Shown: positions 29,290 to 40,000, counted from the first letter of the stretch. The stretch is 64,000 nt of DNA from Promethearchaeota archaeon (GCA_048941015.1 JBHLNZ010000010.1:1-64000); one strand, 5' to 3'. The notes: generated by a model from the sequence alone, not told the origin. Program-made: numbers and translations.

Positions 29290-29667
29290 TTGCCTGTTGG
29301 AATACTAGTAATTCGCTGGGATAACGAGATCGGACCAATTAATGAAGGATTTTATCCAGAAACTTTGAAAATTACAAATAATCTACTCACACAAGTGTAT
29401 TCTTCACATAGATACCAGAGTCTAAAGCCAGGTTTCGCCTCAATTTCATTAAAAAACAATAAAGTAGTTTCTTTTTTTTCAGGAGTAGGATCAGACTACA
29501 TTAGTGTTGAGAATTATGTTGTCGCTCTTTTACTTCGTCGAGATGAAAAACCAAATAAATATCGTGAAATATTAAAAGTAATAGCTGCAGAAATTCTAGA
29601 TAAAATTCAAGATGGTAAGTTTAAAAAGGTTTTGCCTGACTTATATCGGGATTTAGCAAAAATATAA
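29290..29667 (+). CDS. Stand-alone longin/uDENN-like protein
   Basis: N-terminal strand ending WDNEIGP, longin-like strand/helix order, 125 aa; GAGGT upstream of TTG. Confidence 0.6.
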   Translation: MPVGILVIRWDNEIGPINEGFYPETLKITNNLLTQVYSSHRYQSLKPGFASISLKNNKVVSFFSGVGSDYISVENYVVALLLRRDEKPNKYREILKVIAAEILDKIQDGKFKKVLPDLYRDLAKI

Positions 29668-29689
29668 TTTGATATAATAAATGAAAAAA

Positions 29690-30727
29690 TTAAGAGACCT
29701 CTACTTTTTTTACTGTAATCTTACCTTGTTCATCAATATCTAAAAGATCAGCAGCCTGTAATTTTTGAACAATCTTTTTTACTAATACAATAGGCGAACC
29801 AAGAGCTTTTCTTAGATCTTCTAATGTCATAGATCCTACTTTCTCAAGAATGAGAAAAGCCTTAAATTGAGGTTCCTGTTCCATTAGGGATGTGAGCTTG
29901 TTGTAATACGTAATTTTTCTTATATTTTCTTCTTGAAATTTTTGATATTCCTCCATTCTCTCCTGCAATTTTCTTAATTCTTCTTCGGCAATCCTTTTTT
30001 GATCACGATATTTTTCAACTTTGTTTACTAATTCGTCATATCTATCCCGAATTTCTTGGAAGCGTGATTTTAAATCTTTTGCTTCAGAAGTAGCTTCAGT
30101 GGAAGACAATTTAGTGTCCATTAAAAAGGAATCTAATTCTGCTATTTTAGCAGTCAAGTCTTTTTTTTCTTCAAAGTGCTCTTTTCGAATTTTTTCTATC
30201 TCAATTTTCCATTTTTGGTCCATTTCAGATAACATTTTTACTTGTTCCTCTTGTAATTTATCTGTGAACGTTTGAATTTCTCGAACTTTATTTTCTAAAT
30301 TCTTAATAGATTCATTTTTTAAGACTATACTTGAATTCTTCTCAGCTAATTCTGCTTTTAAGTTTCCTATTGCTTCATATGCATCTTCAACTTTTCGTTG
30401 AGTAGGAAAAATTTGTCTTTTAACTAAATCTAATTCTTTTCTAGCTTCAGCAGTATCCCCTTTAGCAAATTCTAATGCCTGTTCTTTTTCATTAATTATA
30501 GCTCTTTGAGAACCTACTAATTCTTTCAATTCTAAAACATCCTCGGGAATATCATACATTCTAGCAATTTTAATTTTTTGTTCTTCAATAATAATTTCTT
30601 GCTCTCTAATATCTCCTTTCTGTTTTTCAATCGTTTCTCTTAATCTGTCAATTTTATTTTGAAGCTCAGCTTTTTCTTTCTCATGAGATTCAATCCCTTC
30701 AATCATATCTTTAATATTTTTAGACAT
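29690..30727 (-). CDS. Long coiled-coil protein with C-terminal winged helix
   Basis: About 270 aa of E/K/Q-rich heptads, then MTLEDLRKALGSPIVLVKKIVQKLQAADLL. Confidence 0.75.
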   Translation of the reverse strand: MSKNIKDMIEGIESHEKEKAELQNKIDRLRETIEKQKGDIREQEIIIEEQKIKIARMYDIPEDVLELKELVGSQRAIINEKEQALEFAKGDTAEARKELDLVKRQIFPTQRKVEDAYEAIGNLKAELAEKNSSIVLKNESIKNLENKVREIQTFTDKLQEEQVKMLSEMDQKWKIEIEKIRKEHFEEKKDLTAKIAELDSFLMDTKLSSTEATSEAKDLKSRFQEIRDRYDELVNKVEKYRDQKRIAEEELRKLQERMEEYQKFQEENIRKITYYNKLTSLMEQEPQFKAFLILEKVGSMTLEDLRKALGSPIVLVKKIVQKLQAADLLDIDEQGKITVKKVEVS

Positions 30728-31015
30728 CTTAACTATTTCCTCAATAGTATTTAAATGAAAAATCGAGTTTTATCTAATAATTAAAAAATTTATTACTTAT
30801 TAAGCTATAATATTTAATAGAGAGAAAATAGATTTAATTTAAATATTTATCGAATTGATAAACAATAATCATCGATGAGGTAAAGAAAAATTTCTGTATA
30901 TTATTTTAAGTCCGATCAAATAAATGCCTTTATCCTTCTTTCATTTGAGTATTTAAAAGATAAGAATAAATTAACTTTAAAAGAGTTAAATATTTTCAAA
31001 AATGAAAAGGAAACT

Positions 31016-31462
31016 TTGGATTACATTAGAAGTAATAAACTTAATTTAATCTCTAAGGAAAATTCTTTTGAAATTGATACTCTTACTCAAATTGAAAACT
31101 TATTATTAAATTATTTTCAAGGTAAAAAACTAAACTTGTTTGCCGAAATCAAAAAAATGCAGATTAAATTAGATATTGAAGCTAAATTTAAAACTGAATT
31201 TACTCAAAAAGTAATTAATACATTACTTGACTTAAAACCGGGAGAAATTACTACATATTATGAGATTGGAAATAAAATCAATTCTAAAGCATATCGAGCT
31301 ATAGGAAATGTATGCAAATCAAATCCATTTCCTCTAATAATCCCCTGTCATCGCGTTTTAAGAAAAAACGGAGAGATTGGGGGTTTTATGGGTAAATCGG
31401 ATAAAACTTGGGAGACAAATCTCAAAAAAAAATTATTAAAAATAGAAGGATACAAAGTATAG
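31016..31462 (+). CDS. ogt: Methylated-DNA--protein-cysteine methyltransferase (N-terminus may extend to 30890)
   Basis: TY.EI, YRAIG, NPFPLIIPCHRV. Confidence 0.93.
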   Translation: MDYIRSNKLNLISKENSFEIDTLTQIENLLLNYFQGKKLNLFAEIKKMQIKLDIEAKFKTEFTQKVINTLLDLKPGEITTYYEIGNKINSKAYRAIGNVCKSNPFPLIIPCHRVLRKNGEIGGFMGKSDKTWETNLKKKLLKIEGYKV

Positions 31463-31520
31463 AAATCAGTAATATATTAACCGAAATTAATATATTAATT
31501 TACATCTTTTATTTAATATT

Positions 31521-32723
31521 ATGGTAGAAATATCTCCACTCAAACCCTATATTCCATTAAATCCAGAAGAGTTTTGTACGAATCCTTATGATGTAATCAG
31601 TAAAGAGGAAGAAATAATATTAAAGAAGAATCCAAAATCATTAATTCACCTTATTTTACCTGATGGAGAAGGCAATGAAATATACGAAAATGCCAAAAAA
31701 GCATATGAGAATCTTAAAAAGGATAGGGTAATTAAGAAAGAAGCAAGACCAAGTATATTTGTATATCGTCAGCAATCAACTCAATTTAGCCATGAAGGAC
31801 TCATAATTGGAGTAGCTCTTCAGGATTATGAAAATGGAAATATTGTAAAGCACGAACATACCCGTAAAAAACCTCTTAAAGACAGAACAAATCATATAAT
31901 CGCTACAAAAGTAGCTGCAGGATTAGTATGGACTGTTTTTCAAAGTAATAAAAAAATCAAAAATATAATTAAACTAATTAAAAAGAATGATCCTTTATTC
32001 AAATTCAAAAAATATGGATATGAACACTTACTATGGCAAGAAACTAATCCTAAAATAATTGAAAAATTAACAAAGTTATTTAGAAATGAGAATTTATATA
32101 TTGCTGATGGTCATCATAGAGCAGCAAGTGCAGCTGAATATAGAAAAATCCAAATGGAAAAATATGATAAAAATAATAAAATCAAAGCTCCTTGGCAATA
32201 TTTATTATCATATGTAGCTTCTGATGATCAAGTTCGTATATTAGCTTATAACCGTGTGATTAAAAAGCTACCATTAGATGAAAAAGAATTCTTAATTGAA
32301 TTAAACAAGATTTTTGAAGTTAAACCTATGGAACAGGCTTTTAATCCAGAAAGGAAAAATGAAATCGCTATTTGTTTAAAGGGAAAATGGTATCAGCTTA
32401 TAGTTAAGAATAAGAAATTCGAATCTATACGAGAATCTTTAGATGTTGCCATTATTCAAGAAAAAGTTTTAGAATCAATTTTGGGTATCTCTGATCCACG
32501 TTCTGATGAAAATATCTTTTTTGTTGGAGCTATTCAAAATCCAAAAGAAATGGAGAAATATATAACAGAAAAAGGGAATGATTTATTTATTAACCTTTAT
32601 CCTGTTAATATAAAAGATTTAGAAGCGATCGCCGACTTAGGAGGAGTAATGCCTCCAAAATCAACTTGGTTTGATCCTAAAGTATTATCTGGTTTAGTTC
32701 TTCATGATCTGAACGGAGATTGA
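31521..32723 (+). CDS. DUF1015 family protein
   Basis: PYDVI, KHEHT, YIADGHHR, MPPKSTWFDPK. Confidence 0.92.
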   Translation: MVEISPLKPYIPLNPEEFCTNPYDVISKEEEIILKKNPKSLIHLILPDGEGNEIYENAKKAYENLKKDRVIKKEARPSIFVYRQQSTQFSHEGLIIGVALQDYENGNIVKHEHTRKKPLKDRTNHIIATKVAAGLVWTVFQSNKKIKNIIKLIKKNDPLFKFKKYGYEHLLWQETNPKIIEKLTKLFRNENLYIADGHHRAASAAEYRKIQMEKYDKNNKIKAPWQYLLSYVASDDQVRILAYNRVIKKLPLDEKEFLIELNKIFEVKPMEQAFNPERKNEIAICLKGKWYQLIVKNKKFESIRESLDVAIIQEKVLESILGISDPRSDENIFFVGAIQNPKEMEKYITEKGNDLFINLYPVNIKDLEAIADLGGVMPPKSTWFDPKVLSGLVLHDLNGD

Positions 32724-32732
32724 TTCAAATAG

Positions 32733-33665
32733 TCAGTTCTTTTTTAAAAAATTCACTATTTTTTCAGCAACCATAATCGCCGCTTCTACTTGATTTTCTT
32801 TTGATTGACTCGCGATGTGGGGAGTTAAAATTAGATTTTCTTCGAATTTCCATAAATCTTCATCATCGAGTGGTTCCCTTTTATAAACATCTATAGCGGC
32901 TCCTCCTATTTTTTTACTTTTAAGTGCATCTAATAATGCTTTTTCATCAATTAGTTGACCCCTTGCGGTATTAATTATGATTGCATTTTCTTTCATAAGT
33001 CCTATTCTCTCTTCATTAATAAGATTTTCCGTTTGAGGTGTAGATGGTAAGTGTAAAGATATAATTTCCGCAGTTTTTAAAAGATCTTCAACGGTAGAAT
33101 AAATTTTACACCCCATATTTTTCGCTTCTTCTATTGCTGGAGGACCAGCACTAAATCTGGAATATACTCCAACATCCATTCCAAGAGCTATTGCTCTTTT
33201 AGCTAATGCTTTAGCAATGTTTCCAAACCCAATTAAACCCAATATTTTTCCATTTAATGTATAACCTAAATACTGACTTTTATTCCACTCTCCCCGATGC
33301 ATAGTTTTATCTGCAACCGAGATACATCTAGCCAAAGAAAGCATTAATCCTAATGCAAACTCTGCTACAGTAATTGCAGGTGCTTCTGGGGTATTAACTA
33401 CTTCAATATTCATTTCTTTAGCTTTTTGAAGATCTATATTATCAAGACCCACTCCTGCTCGTCCTATTACTTTAAGGTTTTTAGCATTTTCTAATACTTC
33501 AGCTGTTAATTTAGTTCTGGATCTCACAACTATTCCATCATAATTTTCAATATCTTTCTTTAATTCTTCATTAGTAATTGAAAACTTTTTCACTACTTCA
33601 AAACCGTTCTTATGAAAAATTTCTATTCCTTCATCTTGAAGTTTGTCACTAATTAAGATTTTCAT
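32733..33665 (-). CDS. serA: D-3-phosphoglycerate dehydrogenase (short form, no ACT domain)
   Basis: VVRSRTK, RAGVGLDNID, GFGNI, INTARG, TPHIA; next to a class V aminotransferase and DUF1015. Confidence 0.8.
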   Translation of the reverse strand: MKILISDKLQDEGIEIFHKNGFEVVKKFSITNEELKKDIENYDGIVVRSRTKLTAEVLENAKNLKVIGRAGVGLDNIDLQKAKEMNIEVVNTPEAPAITVAEFALGLMLSLARCISVADKTMHRGEWNKSQYLGYTLNGKILGLIGFGNIAKALAKRAIALGMDVGVYSRFSAGPPAIEEAKNMGCKIYSTVEDLLKTAEIISLHLPSTPQTENLINEERIGLMKENAIIINTARGQLIDEKALLDALKSKKIGGAAIDVYKREPLDDEDLWKFEENLILTPHIASQSKENQVEAAIMVAEKIVNFLKKN

Positions 33666-33818
33666 TTTGCATCATTATTATTTGATATGAGATTTATGAA
33701 TAATATTTTAGATGAATGCTTAAAATAATTTTTTATTATTCATTAGATTGTTAATTTCTAATAATTACAATATAAAAGATTAAAAAAAAGAAAAATAATA
33801 ATCTTGTTTTAAATTTCT

Positions 33819-34943
33819 CTATTTCATTTCTGAAATAATTTTAGCTAACACTTCTAACATTTCATTGAGTTCTTCTATAGTTATCTCTCCCATATGACCA
33901 ATTCGAAATGTCTTGTTTCTAAGATCTCCATAACCATTCACAATTTTATACCCCTTTTCCATAAGGGTTGAAACCATTTTACCAATATCTATGTTAAGAG
34001 AATTTTTAATAGTAGATACCGTATTGGATTCATACCCTTTTTCTGAAAACATTTCTAAACCCTTACGCTTAGCCCACTCTCTTGTGCGGGTTCCTAATTC
34101 AATATGCCTTTTAAATCTATTGTCTAAACCTTCTTCATTTAAGATATATTCTAATTGATATGCCAAAGCTCTAATCTGTGGAATTGGGGGCGTATTTGGA
34201 GTCTCATGTGTTTTATTTTTTTTCAATAATTCAACAAAATCTAGATAATATCCCCTATTTTTAACTATATTCGCTTTTTCTATTGCTGCTTGTGAAATTG
34301 AACAAACTGCTAGACCTGGAGGGATTGTAAAACATTTTTGTACTGAGGCTAAGCATACATCTATACCAAGTTTATCAACTTCGACTTTTACTCCTGCCAT
34401 AGAAGAAGTTGCATCAACACAAACCAAAGCTCCATAATCTTTAACAATTGGAATGAGTTCATCGATAGGGTTATAAACTCCCGTTGAAGTTTCATTTGCT
34501 TGAATAAATACAACAGAAAAGGTATCCTTATTTAATATATTTTTAATAAATTCGGGAGTTATCGCTTTACCCCATTCTACCCCTTCTTTAGTAGAATTTT
34601 TTCCATTAGTCAAACCAATTTTATACCAACGATCCCCAAAAGCTCCAATAGATAAAAATAAACCTTTTTCATCTTCAGTTAATAAGTTCCTTACACACGC
34701 TTCCATTATACCAGTAGCACTAGATGTAAAAATTAAGCATTCATTATTAGTATAGAGAAGTTTTTTAAGACCCTCCTCAACGAGCTGATGCATTTCTCTG
34801 TAGGGTTTAGATCTATGAGTATCGTTTGGTTTTGCCATTTCATTTAAGATTCTTTCTGGTACATATACAGGTCCGGGAGTAAATAATTTGAGTTGAGACC
34901 CTTTCTCTTTATTAAAATGAATTTCAGCCATATTATCATCCAT
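33819..34943 (-). CDS. Class V PLP aminotransferase, probable phosphoserine aminotransferase
   Basis: FTPGP, NETSTG, VDATSS, SVQKC..PPG, FRIGHMG. Confidence 0.85.
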   Translation of the reverse strand: MDDNMAEIHFNKEKGSQLKLFTPGPVYVPERILNEMAKPNDTHRSKPYREMHQLVEEGLKKLLYTNNECLIFTSSATGIMEACVRNLLTEDEKGLFLSIGAFGDRWYKIGLTNGKNSTKEGVEWGKAITPEFIKNILNKDTFSVVFIQANETSTGVYNPIDELIPIVKDYGALVCVDATSSMAGVKVEVDKLGIDVCLASVQKCFTIPPGLAVCSISQAAIEKANIVKNRGYYLDFVELLKKNKTHETPNTPPIPQIRALAYQLEYILNEEGLDNRFKRHIELGTRTREWAKRKGLEMFSEKGYESNTVSTIKNSLNIDIGKMVSTLMEKGYKIVNGYGDLRNKTFRIGHMGEITIEELNEMLEVLAKIISEMK

Positions 34944-35087
34944 TAATTAATTGTATGTAAATATATTAAACCTAAAAATTTAAACATTGATAATAATTTT
35001 CTAATAATCTATTTATTTTTAATAATCTTAATTTTTTTTATAAACATTCTTTTTAGAATATTTAAAGAATCCAATAGTTGATTTAAA

Positions 35088-36479
35088 TTGACGGATTATG
35101 ATGCAATAATCATTGGAAGTGGTATTGGTGGTACTGCAGTTGGATTACTATTAGCGTCAAATAAATTTAAGATCCTTCTTTTAGAAAAAAATGATTTCGT
35201 AGGAGGTCGTTGTAGTAGTTATGAAAAAGAAGGGTTTAAAGTAGATGTAGGAGTTCATTCATTTGCTAGATCGGATAAAGGACCGTTGCATAAAATATTA
35301 AAAATGACTGGCATGGAACAAGCAATCAGTTGGGAAACTATTAAAAGTGGTGATCCTCGTTGGTATTATAAAGGAAACTTTTATCAATTTCCAAAAGATT
35401 TAAGAAAACTTTTACCGGGTAAAGATTATTCAGATATTCTAAGATTAATTAGTGAGGCAACAAGGATAAGGAATACAAATGAATTGGATGCTATTGATCT
35501 TAAATCATGGTTAAACCAATTTACAGATAATACCTTAATACATTCTTATTTTAATATCATTTCACAATTATATTTTGTTATTCCTTATAATTTAGTATCC
35601 ACCGGAGAATTTCTTAGATGCCTCGGTTCATTAAATAAGTATCAAAGTATTGGATATCCAAAAGGAGGTTGCATTGCTATTCCTATGGCATATATCCAAG
35701 GAATAAAAAAATATGAAGGGGTTGTAGAAACAGGAACAACTGTTAACAAAATAATTATAGATGAAAATCTAGTTCAAGGTGTTGAACTAGATAATGGAAA
35801 GTCAATTTATTCAAATATAGTTATTTCAAATTCGGGATTTAAACATACAATAAACGATTTGGTTGGAAAGACGTATTTTAAAGAGGGCTTTCTTAAAAAG
35901 GTTGATGAATATAAATATTCCTTTAGTGCTATAACTTTTAAGCTTGCATTAAAAAAGCCAATAACATCGCATAAAATCATTATTTCATTTGTCTCAGAAA
36001 ATCCTGAAGAAAGATTTAAAAATTTAATTAATGGACAAGTCCCTGATGAAATTGACTTCTTTATTCCAGTACCTTCCAACTACGATCCAGATGTAGCCCC
36101 AAAAGGAAAACAATTGATTATTGCCGGTACAGTAGTTCCAAAAGAAAGTTTTCAAAAAAATAAGGATTTATGGATTAAAAATTCGATAAATACATTAGAA
36201 AAAATATTCCCAAAATTGTCAGATCATTTACTTTGGTATGATATTACAACACCAATTGACTTAGAACGTATGTATGGAAAGGAAGGATCTGTAGTTGGAA
36301 TTTGTCAAAATACTAACCAGACAGGGAGCAATAGGCCCCCAATCTCATTACCGATTAAAGGATTATATATGGTAGGTGGAGATGCTGGTGGGTGGGGTAT
36401 AGGTACTGAACTTGCAGCAAAAAGTGCTCTCGAATGTTCAGAAATCATATTGCAAAAACGCAACAAAAATTTAGAATAA
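35088..36479 (+). CDS. Phytoene desaturase-like FAD-dependent oxidoreductase
   Basis: IIGSGIGG, LEKN..GGR, DVGVH, YPKGG, GLYMVG. Confidence 0.85.
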   Translation: MTDYDAIIIGSGIGGTAVGLLLASNKFKILLLEKNDFVGGRCSSYEKEGFKVDVGVHSFARSDKGPLHKILKMTGMEQAISWETIKSGDPRWYYKGNFYQFPKDLRKLLPGKDYSDILRLISEATRIRNTNELDAIDLKSWLNQFTDNTLIHSYFNIISQLYFVIPYNLVSTGEFLRCLGSLNKYQSIGYPKGGCIAIPMAYIQGIKKYEGVVETGTTVNKIIIDENLVQGVELDNGKSIYSNIVISNSGFKHTINDLVGKTYFKEGFLKKVDEYKYSFSAITFKLALKKPITSHKIIISFVSENPEERFKNLINGQVPDEIDFFIPVPSNYDPDVAPKGKQLIIAGTVVPKESFQKNKDLWIKNSINTLEKIFPKLSDHLLWYDITTPIDLERMYGKEGSVVGICQNTNQTGSNRPPISLPIKGLYMVGGDAGGWGIGTELAAKSALECSEIILQKRNKNLE

Positions 36480-36491
36480 GTATAGAATGAA

Positions 36492-37154
36492 CTAAATTTT
36501 TCCTATTCTTAGACTATCTTCAAACTCTTCCAGGATATCTTCTTCATTATTTAGAATATTAAAAACAACCTTAAAATTCTTAAGATTTTTGAGAGATAAT
36601 TTATATTCGCTCAAATATAAAGCTGATCTGAAAATTGCATTTAGAAATATCGTTGTAAATAAGGAAATCATATTAAAAATATAATATTCTTCTGCAAACA
36701 TAAAAGCTATTGAAGCAGCTCCTAAGGTAATAATACCTACTATAATGTTTATTATACGATAATTGTAATTGTAATTTTTAATCAAAATTCCTTTCATTAT
36801 AGCTGCAATCCCAATGAAAGTAACAGGGATCGCAATGAAATAAATTATATAACTTGGAGAAAGCCGGGATTGATAAAATAATAGATTAATAATAAATAAT
36901 GAAAATAAAATTGAAGCTACTCCAATAATACTAAAGATTATTTTTCTGATAAAATCTAAATCTAATTTGAATAAACCTTCAGTAAGTTTTATTATTCCAT
37001 AAATTAATAAACTAAAAATTGGATAAACTATAAGAGCCATTAAAGCAATAAGTTGGTTAATTATTACCAATATCACAAGCATGAGCAACAATAATATGCT
37101 GATTATATCATCAACAATTATTTTCTGTCGATTTCTTGAATCTCTTGGTCTCAT
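36492..37154 (-). CDS. Membrane protein (HdeD/DUF308-like)
   Basis: About 6 TM as repeated hairpins. Confidence 0.55.
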   Translation of the reverse strand: MRPRDSRNRQKIIVDDIISILLLLMLVILVIINQLIALMALIVYPIFSLLIYGIIKLTEGLFKLDLDFIRKIIFSIIGVASILFSLFIINLLFYQSRLSPSYIIYFIAIPVTFIGIAAIMKGILIKNYNYNYRIINIIVGIITLGAASIAFMFAEEYYIFNMISLFTTIFLNAIFRSALYLSEYKLSLKNLKNFKVVFNILNNEEDILEEFEDSLRIGKI

Positions 37155-37263
37155 TTAAAATCACTTTTATGCAATGTTCATCTTAAATTAATATTATTAT
37201 GACAAATAAATTTATTAAGTATTTTATTTCTGCTTGTTTCTTTTTTCTTCTTGTATAATTCTA

Positions 37264-38271
37264 TTAAAATAGAAATTGTGTACCAACACTCGCGTTTAAA
37301 GCTAATAAATTTTCATTTTTAGTTTCATTTATCATATTTCCAAACTTTTCTCCGCTGCAGTGAATCGGAAATAAATATAATGGTCTATTATAAGTTTGAA
37401 ATTGAGTTAAAAAATCAATAGTTTCGGTCATTCTTTCATCTGAAGCGCTTACCATGTGAAAGCCTCCTATAATATGACTAATCGGTTTATTAGTAAGTTT
37501 TTTTACATAGTTTAAGGTGTTAATAATTCCAGAATGGCAGCATCCGTTTAACAGGATCACTCTATCTTCTAATTCGATTATTAAACACTTATCATCAATA
37601 ATTTTATCATATTTTATGACATTTTCTTGAAGGAACATGAAATTGCTGAAATCTTCATATTTATTATTTCTCGGAATCTCACCGCTAGCTACTATTTTTA
37701 ATCCTTCAATATTTAATACTTCGTAAGCTTCCTTTGAAAAAACTACATTTCCATTTAATTCTTCAACTTTTCTTATATCAATTGGTGCTTGATTTACAAT
37801 TTTAGATGAAGACAAAAGTATTTCTAAATCTTCTCGGGTTTTTCCGATTAAATCTTTCACTTTGACATCCTGAGACCGTATAAAAAATCTTTCAAGTAGT
37901 GCATTTTCATGGCATATTATTGGTATATTCTTTCCTATCCTTCTTAAAATTTCATATAATCCCCGAGAATGATCGTAATGCCAATGTGAAAGTATTATAA
38001 TATCAGTATCATTTAAATCTATTTTCCTAACATCTAGATTATGTGAAAAAGTAGAATTTGGTCCTCCTGTATCAAAAATTATTTTTTTAATGGGACTATC
38101 GGTTTTATTATTTTCATAAACATTTATGAAAAATCCTAAACCATGTTCTGCTATTGATTGAGTCGCGAAAATTCGATTCAAATCGATAAATTCTAATCCA
38201 TATTCTTTCTTGAATTGTTGAAAAGGAAGAACAACATTATTAGCTAATAATAAGATTTCTAATTTAACCAT
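37264..38271 (-). CDS. MBL-fold metallo-hydrolase (MJ0301-like family)
   Basis: AEHG, FDTG, SHWHYDH, GCCHSG, GGFH, HCSG. Confidence 0.88.
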   Translation of the reverse strand: MVKLEILLLANNVVLPFQQFKKEYGLEFIDLNRIFATQSIAEHGLGFFINVYENNKTDSPIKKIIFDTGGPNSTFSHNLDVRKIDLNDTDIIILSHWHYDHSRGLYEILRRIGKNIPIICHENALLERFFIRSQDVKVKDLIGKTREDLEILLSSSKIVNQAPIDIRKVEELNGNVVFSKEAYEVLNIEGLKIVASGEIPRNNKYEDFSNFMFLQENVIKYDKIIDDKCLIIELEDRVILLNGCCHSGIINTLNYVKKLTNKPISHIIGGFHMVSASDERMTETIDFLTQFQTYNRPLYLFPIHCSGEKFGNMINETKNENLLALNASVGTQFLF

Positions 38272-38289
38272 AATTGAATTTCATCTTAA

Positions 38290-39222
38290 TTAAATAAATA
38301 ATATGATATAATTACCTACAATTATTAAGATTACTGCTAACAAAAATCTTTTTCTGAATTTCTCTTTTAATAATATAATTGAAAAAATCTGCTGCACCAT
38401 AGGGGTGTTTACAGTAAATGTAGAGGTTAATACTAACCCATTTATCTCTGCAGCTTTATAAAATAAAGAATCGGCAAAACCCAAAGAGAGTGACCCTGCA
38501 ATACCTATATAAAAGTAGAATTTTAGGTTATTCCTACTTTCCTTCTTAAAACCTGAATAATATTCTTTCTTAAAGATTCCTACAACTAAAAAAATAGTAG
38601 TACCAAATATTACCCTTATGAAATTAGTGATAAACACATCGGAAGCAATAATTCTTGCTTGATTAAAAGAAACAATAGCTAAAGCCCAAAAGAAAGCGGT
38701 GCCAATTGCTAGTAATACTCCTGGAATTAAACTTTCTACTAATTTTTCTTCACCATCAATATTTGCCTCCTTTACTGGTTTGTCTTTAGTGCTTAAAATA
38801 AAAACACTTGATAAAATTAAAAGTCCCCCTATTAATAAAACGGGAGTAACTTGTTCTCCAAAATAAATAAAAGCAAAGGGATAAACAAAAACTAGACTTA
38901 ATTGAGTTAAAGGATAAGATCTTGAAGCATCTATCTTTTTTAATGATAAAAAATATAATAGGTCTCCAAAAGTGACTGAAAACCCAGAAATAAAACAGGC
39001 TATTAAATAATTAAATAATTCCTGATTGTTTAGAGAAGAGAATATTAGATAATTTCCGAAAATTAATGATAGAATGAACGTTGAAAGTGAGACAATAATA
39101 ATTCTAAATAGTAAACTTGCTTTTGGCTGCGTTTTGCCTAGTCCGAATTTATAGACTAATGAAGCTAAACCCCAAGTAAATAATGCATCAAGAGTAAATA
39201 GATATCCAATTAATTCTGGCAT
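38290..39222 (-). CDS. DMT/EamA family transporter
   Basis: Two EamA repeats, about 10 TM. Confidence 0.9.
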   Translation of the reverse strand: MPELIGYLFTLDALFTWGLASLVYKFGLGKTQPKASLLFRIIIVSLSTFILSLIFGNYLIFSSLNNQELFNYLIACFISGFSVTFGDLLYFLSLKKIDASRSYPLTQLSLVFVYPFAFIYFGEQVTPVLLIGGLLILSSVFILSTKDKPVKEANIDGEEKLVESLIPGVLLAIGTAFFWALAIVSFNQARIIASDVFITNFIRVIFGTTIFLVVGIFKKEYYSGFKKESRNNLKFYFYIGIAGSLSLGFADSLFYKAAEINGLVLTSTFTVNTPMVQQIFSIILLKEKFRKRFLLAVILIIVGNYIILFI

Positions 39223-39276
39223 TAAAATAAAATTATTATTTATAACTTTAAAAGTATTTTAAATGAAGTTATTTAA

Positions 39277-39888
39277 TTATCTTCTTAAATAAAGGAGATA
39301 TGAAGCAATAACTAAAATCCAAATTATAATACCAAATGTCATTATCCATTCTAATATAGGGTTCCAAGTAAATAAAAAGATTAAAATAAAACTAGCTTCA
39401 GTAAAACCAATATAAGCATGAATTGTTAAGAAGTTTTTATTTCTTAGAATTATAATATTAAAGAGAAGGAAATATATTAGACCTGTTATAAAGGATATTG
39501 AAGCAAAATTTCCGTGTAAAATTATTAATAATTGATTTCCTTCAACCGAAGGGAAAATACCAATCAACATAAAAAAAAAACATGAAGTAATGGCACTTAT
39601 AATTGCTGCCTTTCTAAGATATTCATTTGGATTACCTTCTTTAATAACTCTACCAAGATATAAATAAAATATCAATGCAAATAATCCTGATAATATTGTA
39701 CCTACATTAAAAAAAATACCACCAGGGCCAATTCCTAATTTGCTTATCATTAAAGCTATATTGTATTCTGGAAAAAACATTAAAGCTAAGAAATCGCCTA
39801 ATAACCCTACAATAACAGATAGAATTCCAAAAATTGCCCCTGGAATGATATCAAATATTTTGTTTAATGAATCATTGAAACTAACCAT
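39277..39888 (-). CDS. DUF998-like membrane protein
   Basis: ISKLG, FFN, GIFP, LH, EW. Confidence 0.7.
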   Translation of the reverse strand: MVSFNDSLNKIFDIIPGAIFGILSVIVGLLGDFLALMFFPEYNIALMISKLGIGPGGIFFNVGTILSGLFALIFYLYLGRVIKEGNPNEYLRKAAIISAITSCFFFMLIGIFPSVEGNQLLIILHGNFASISFITGLIYFLLFNIIILRNKNFLTIHAYIGFTEASFILIFLFTWNPILEWIMTFGIIIWILVIASYLLYLRR

Positions 39889-40000
39889 GAAAAGTCAAAT
39901 TTAATAATATTTCAAGATACTTAAACGATTCTATCAATATTATTTTATTGGAAATTCAATATAAAATTGCCAAAAAAAAAAAAATAAAAATTTTTTTTAT

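Noticed and set aside
35088-36479. Carotenoid biosynthesis (crtI)
   Set aside because: No phytoene synthase or other crt genes nearby; the family is broad.
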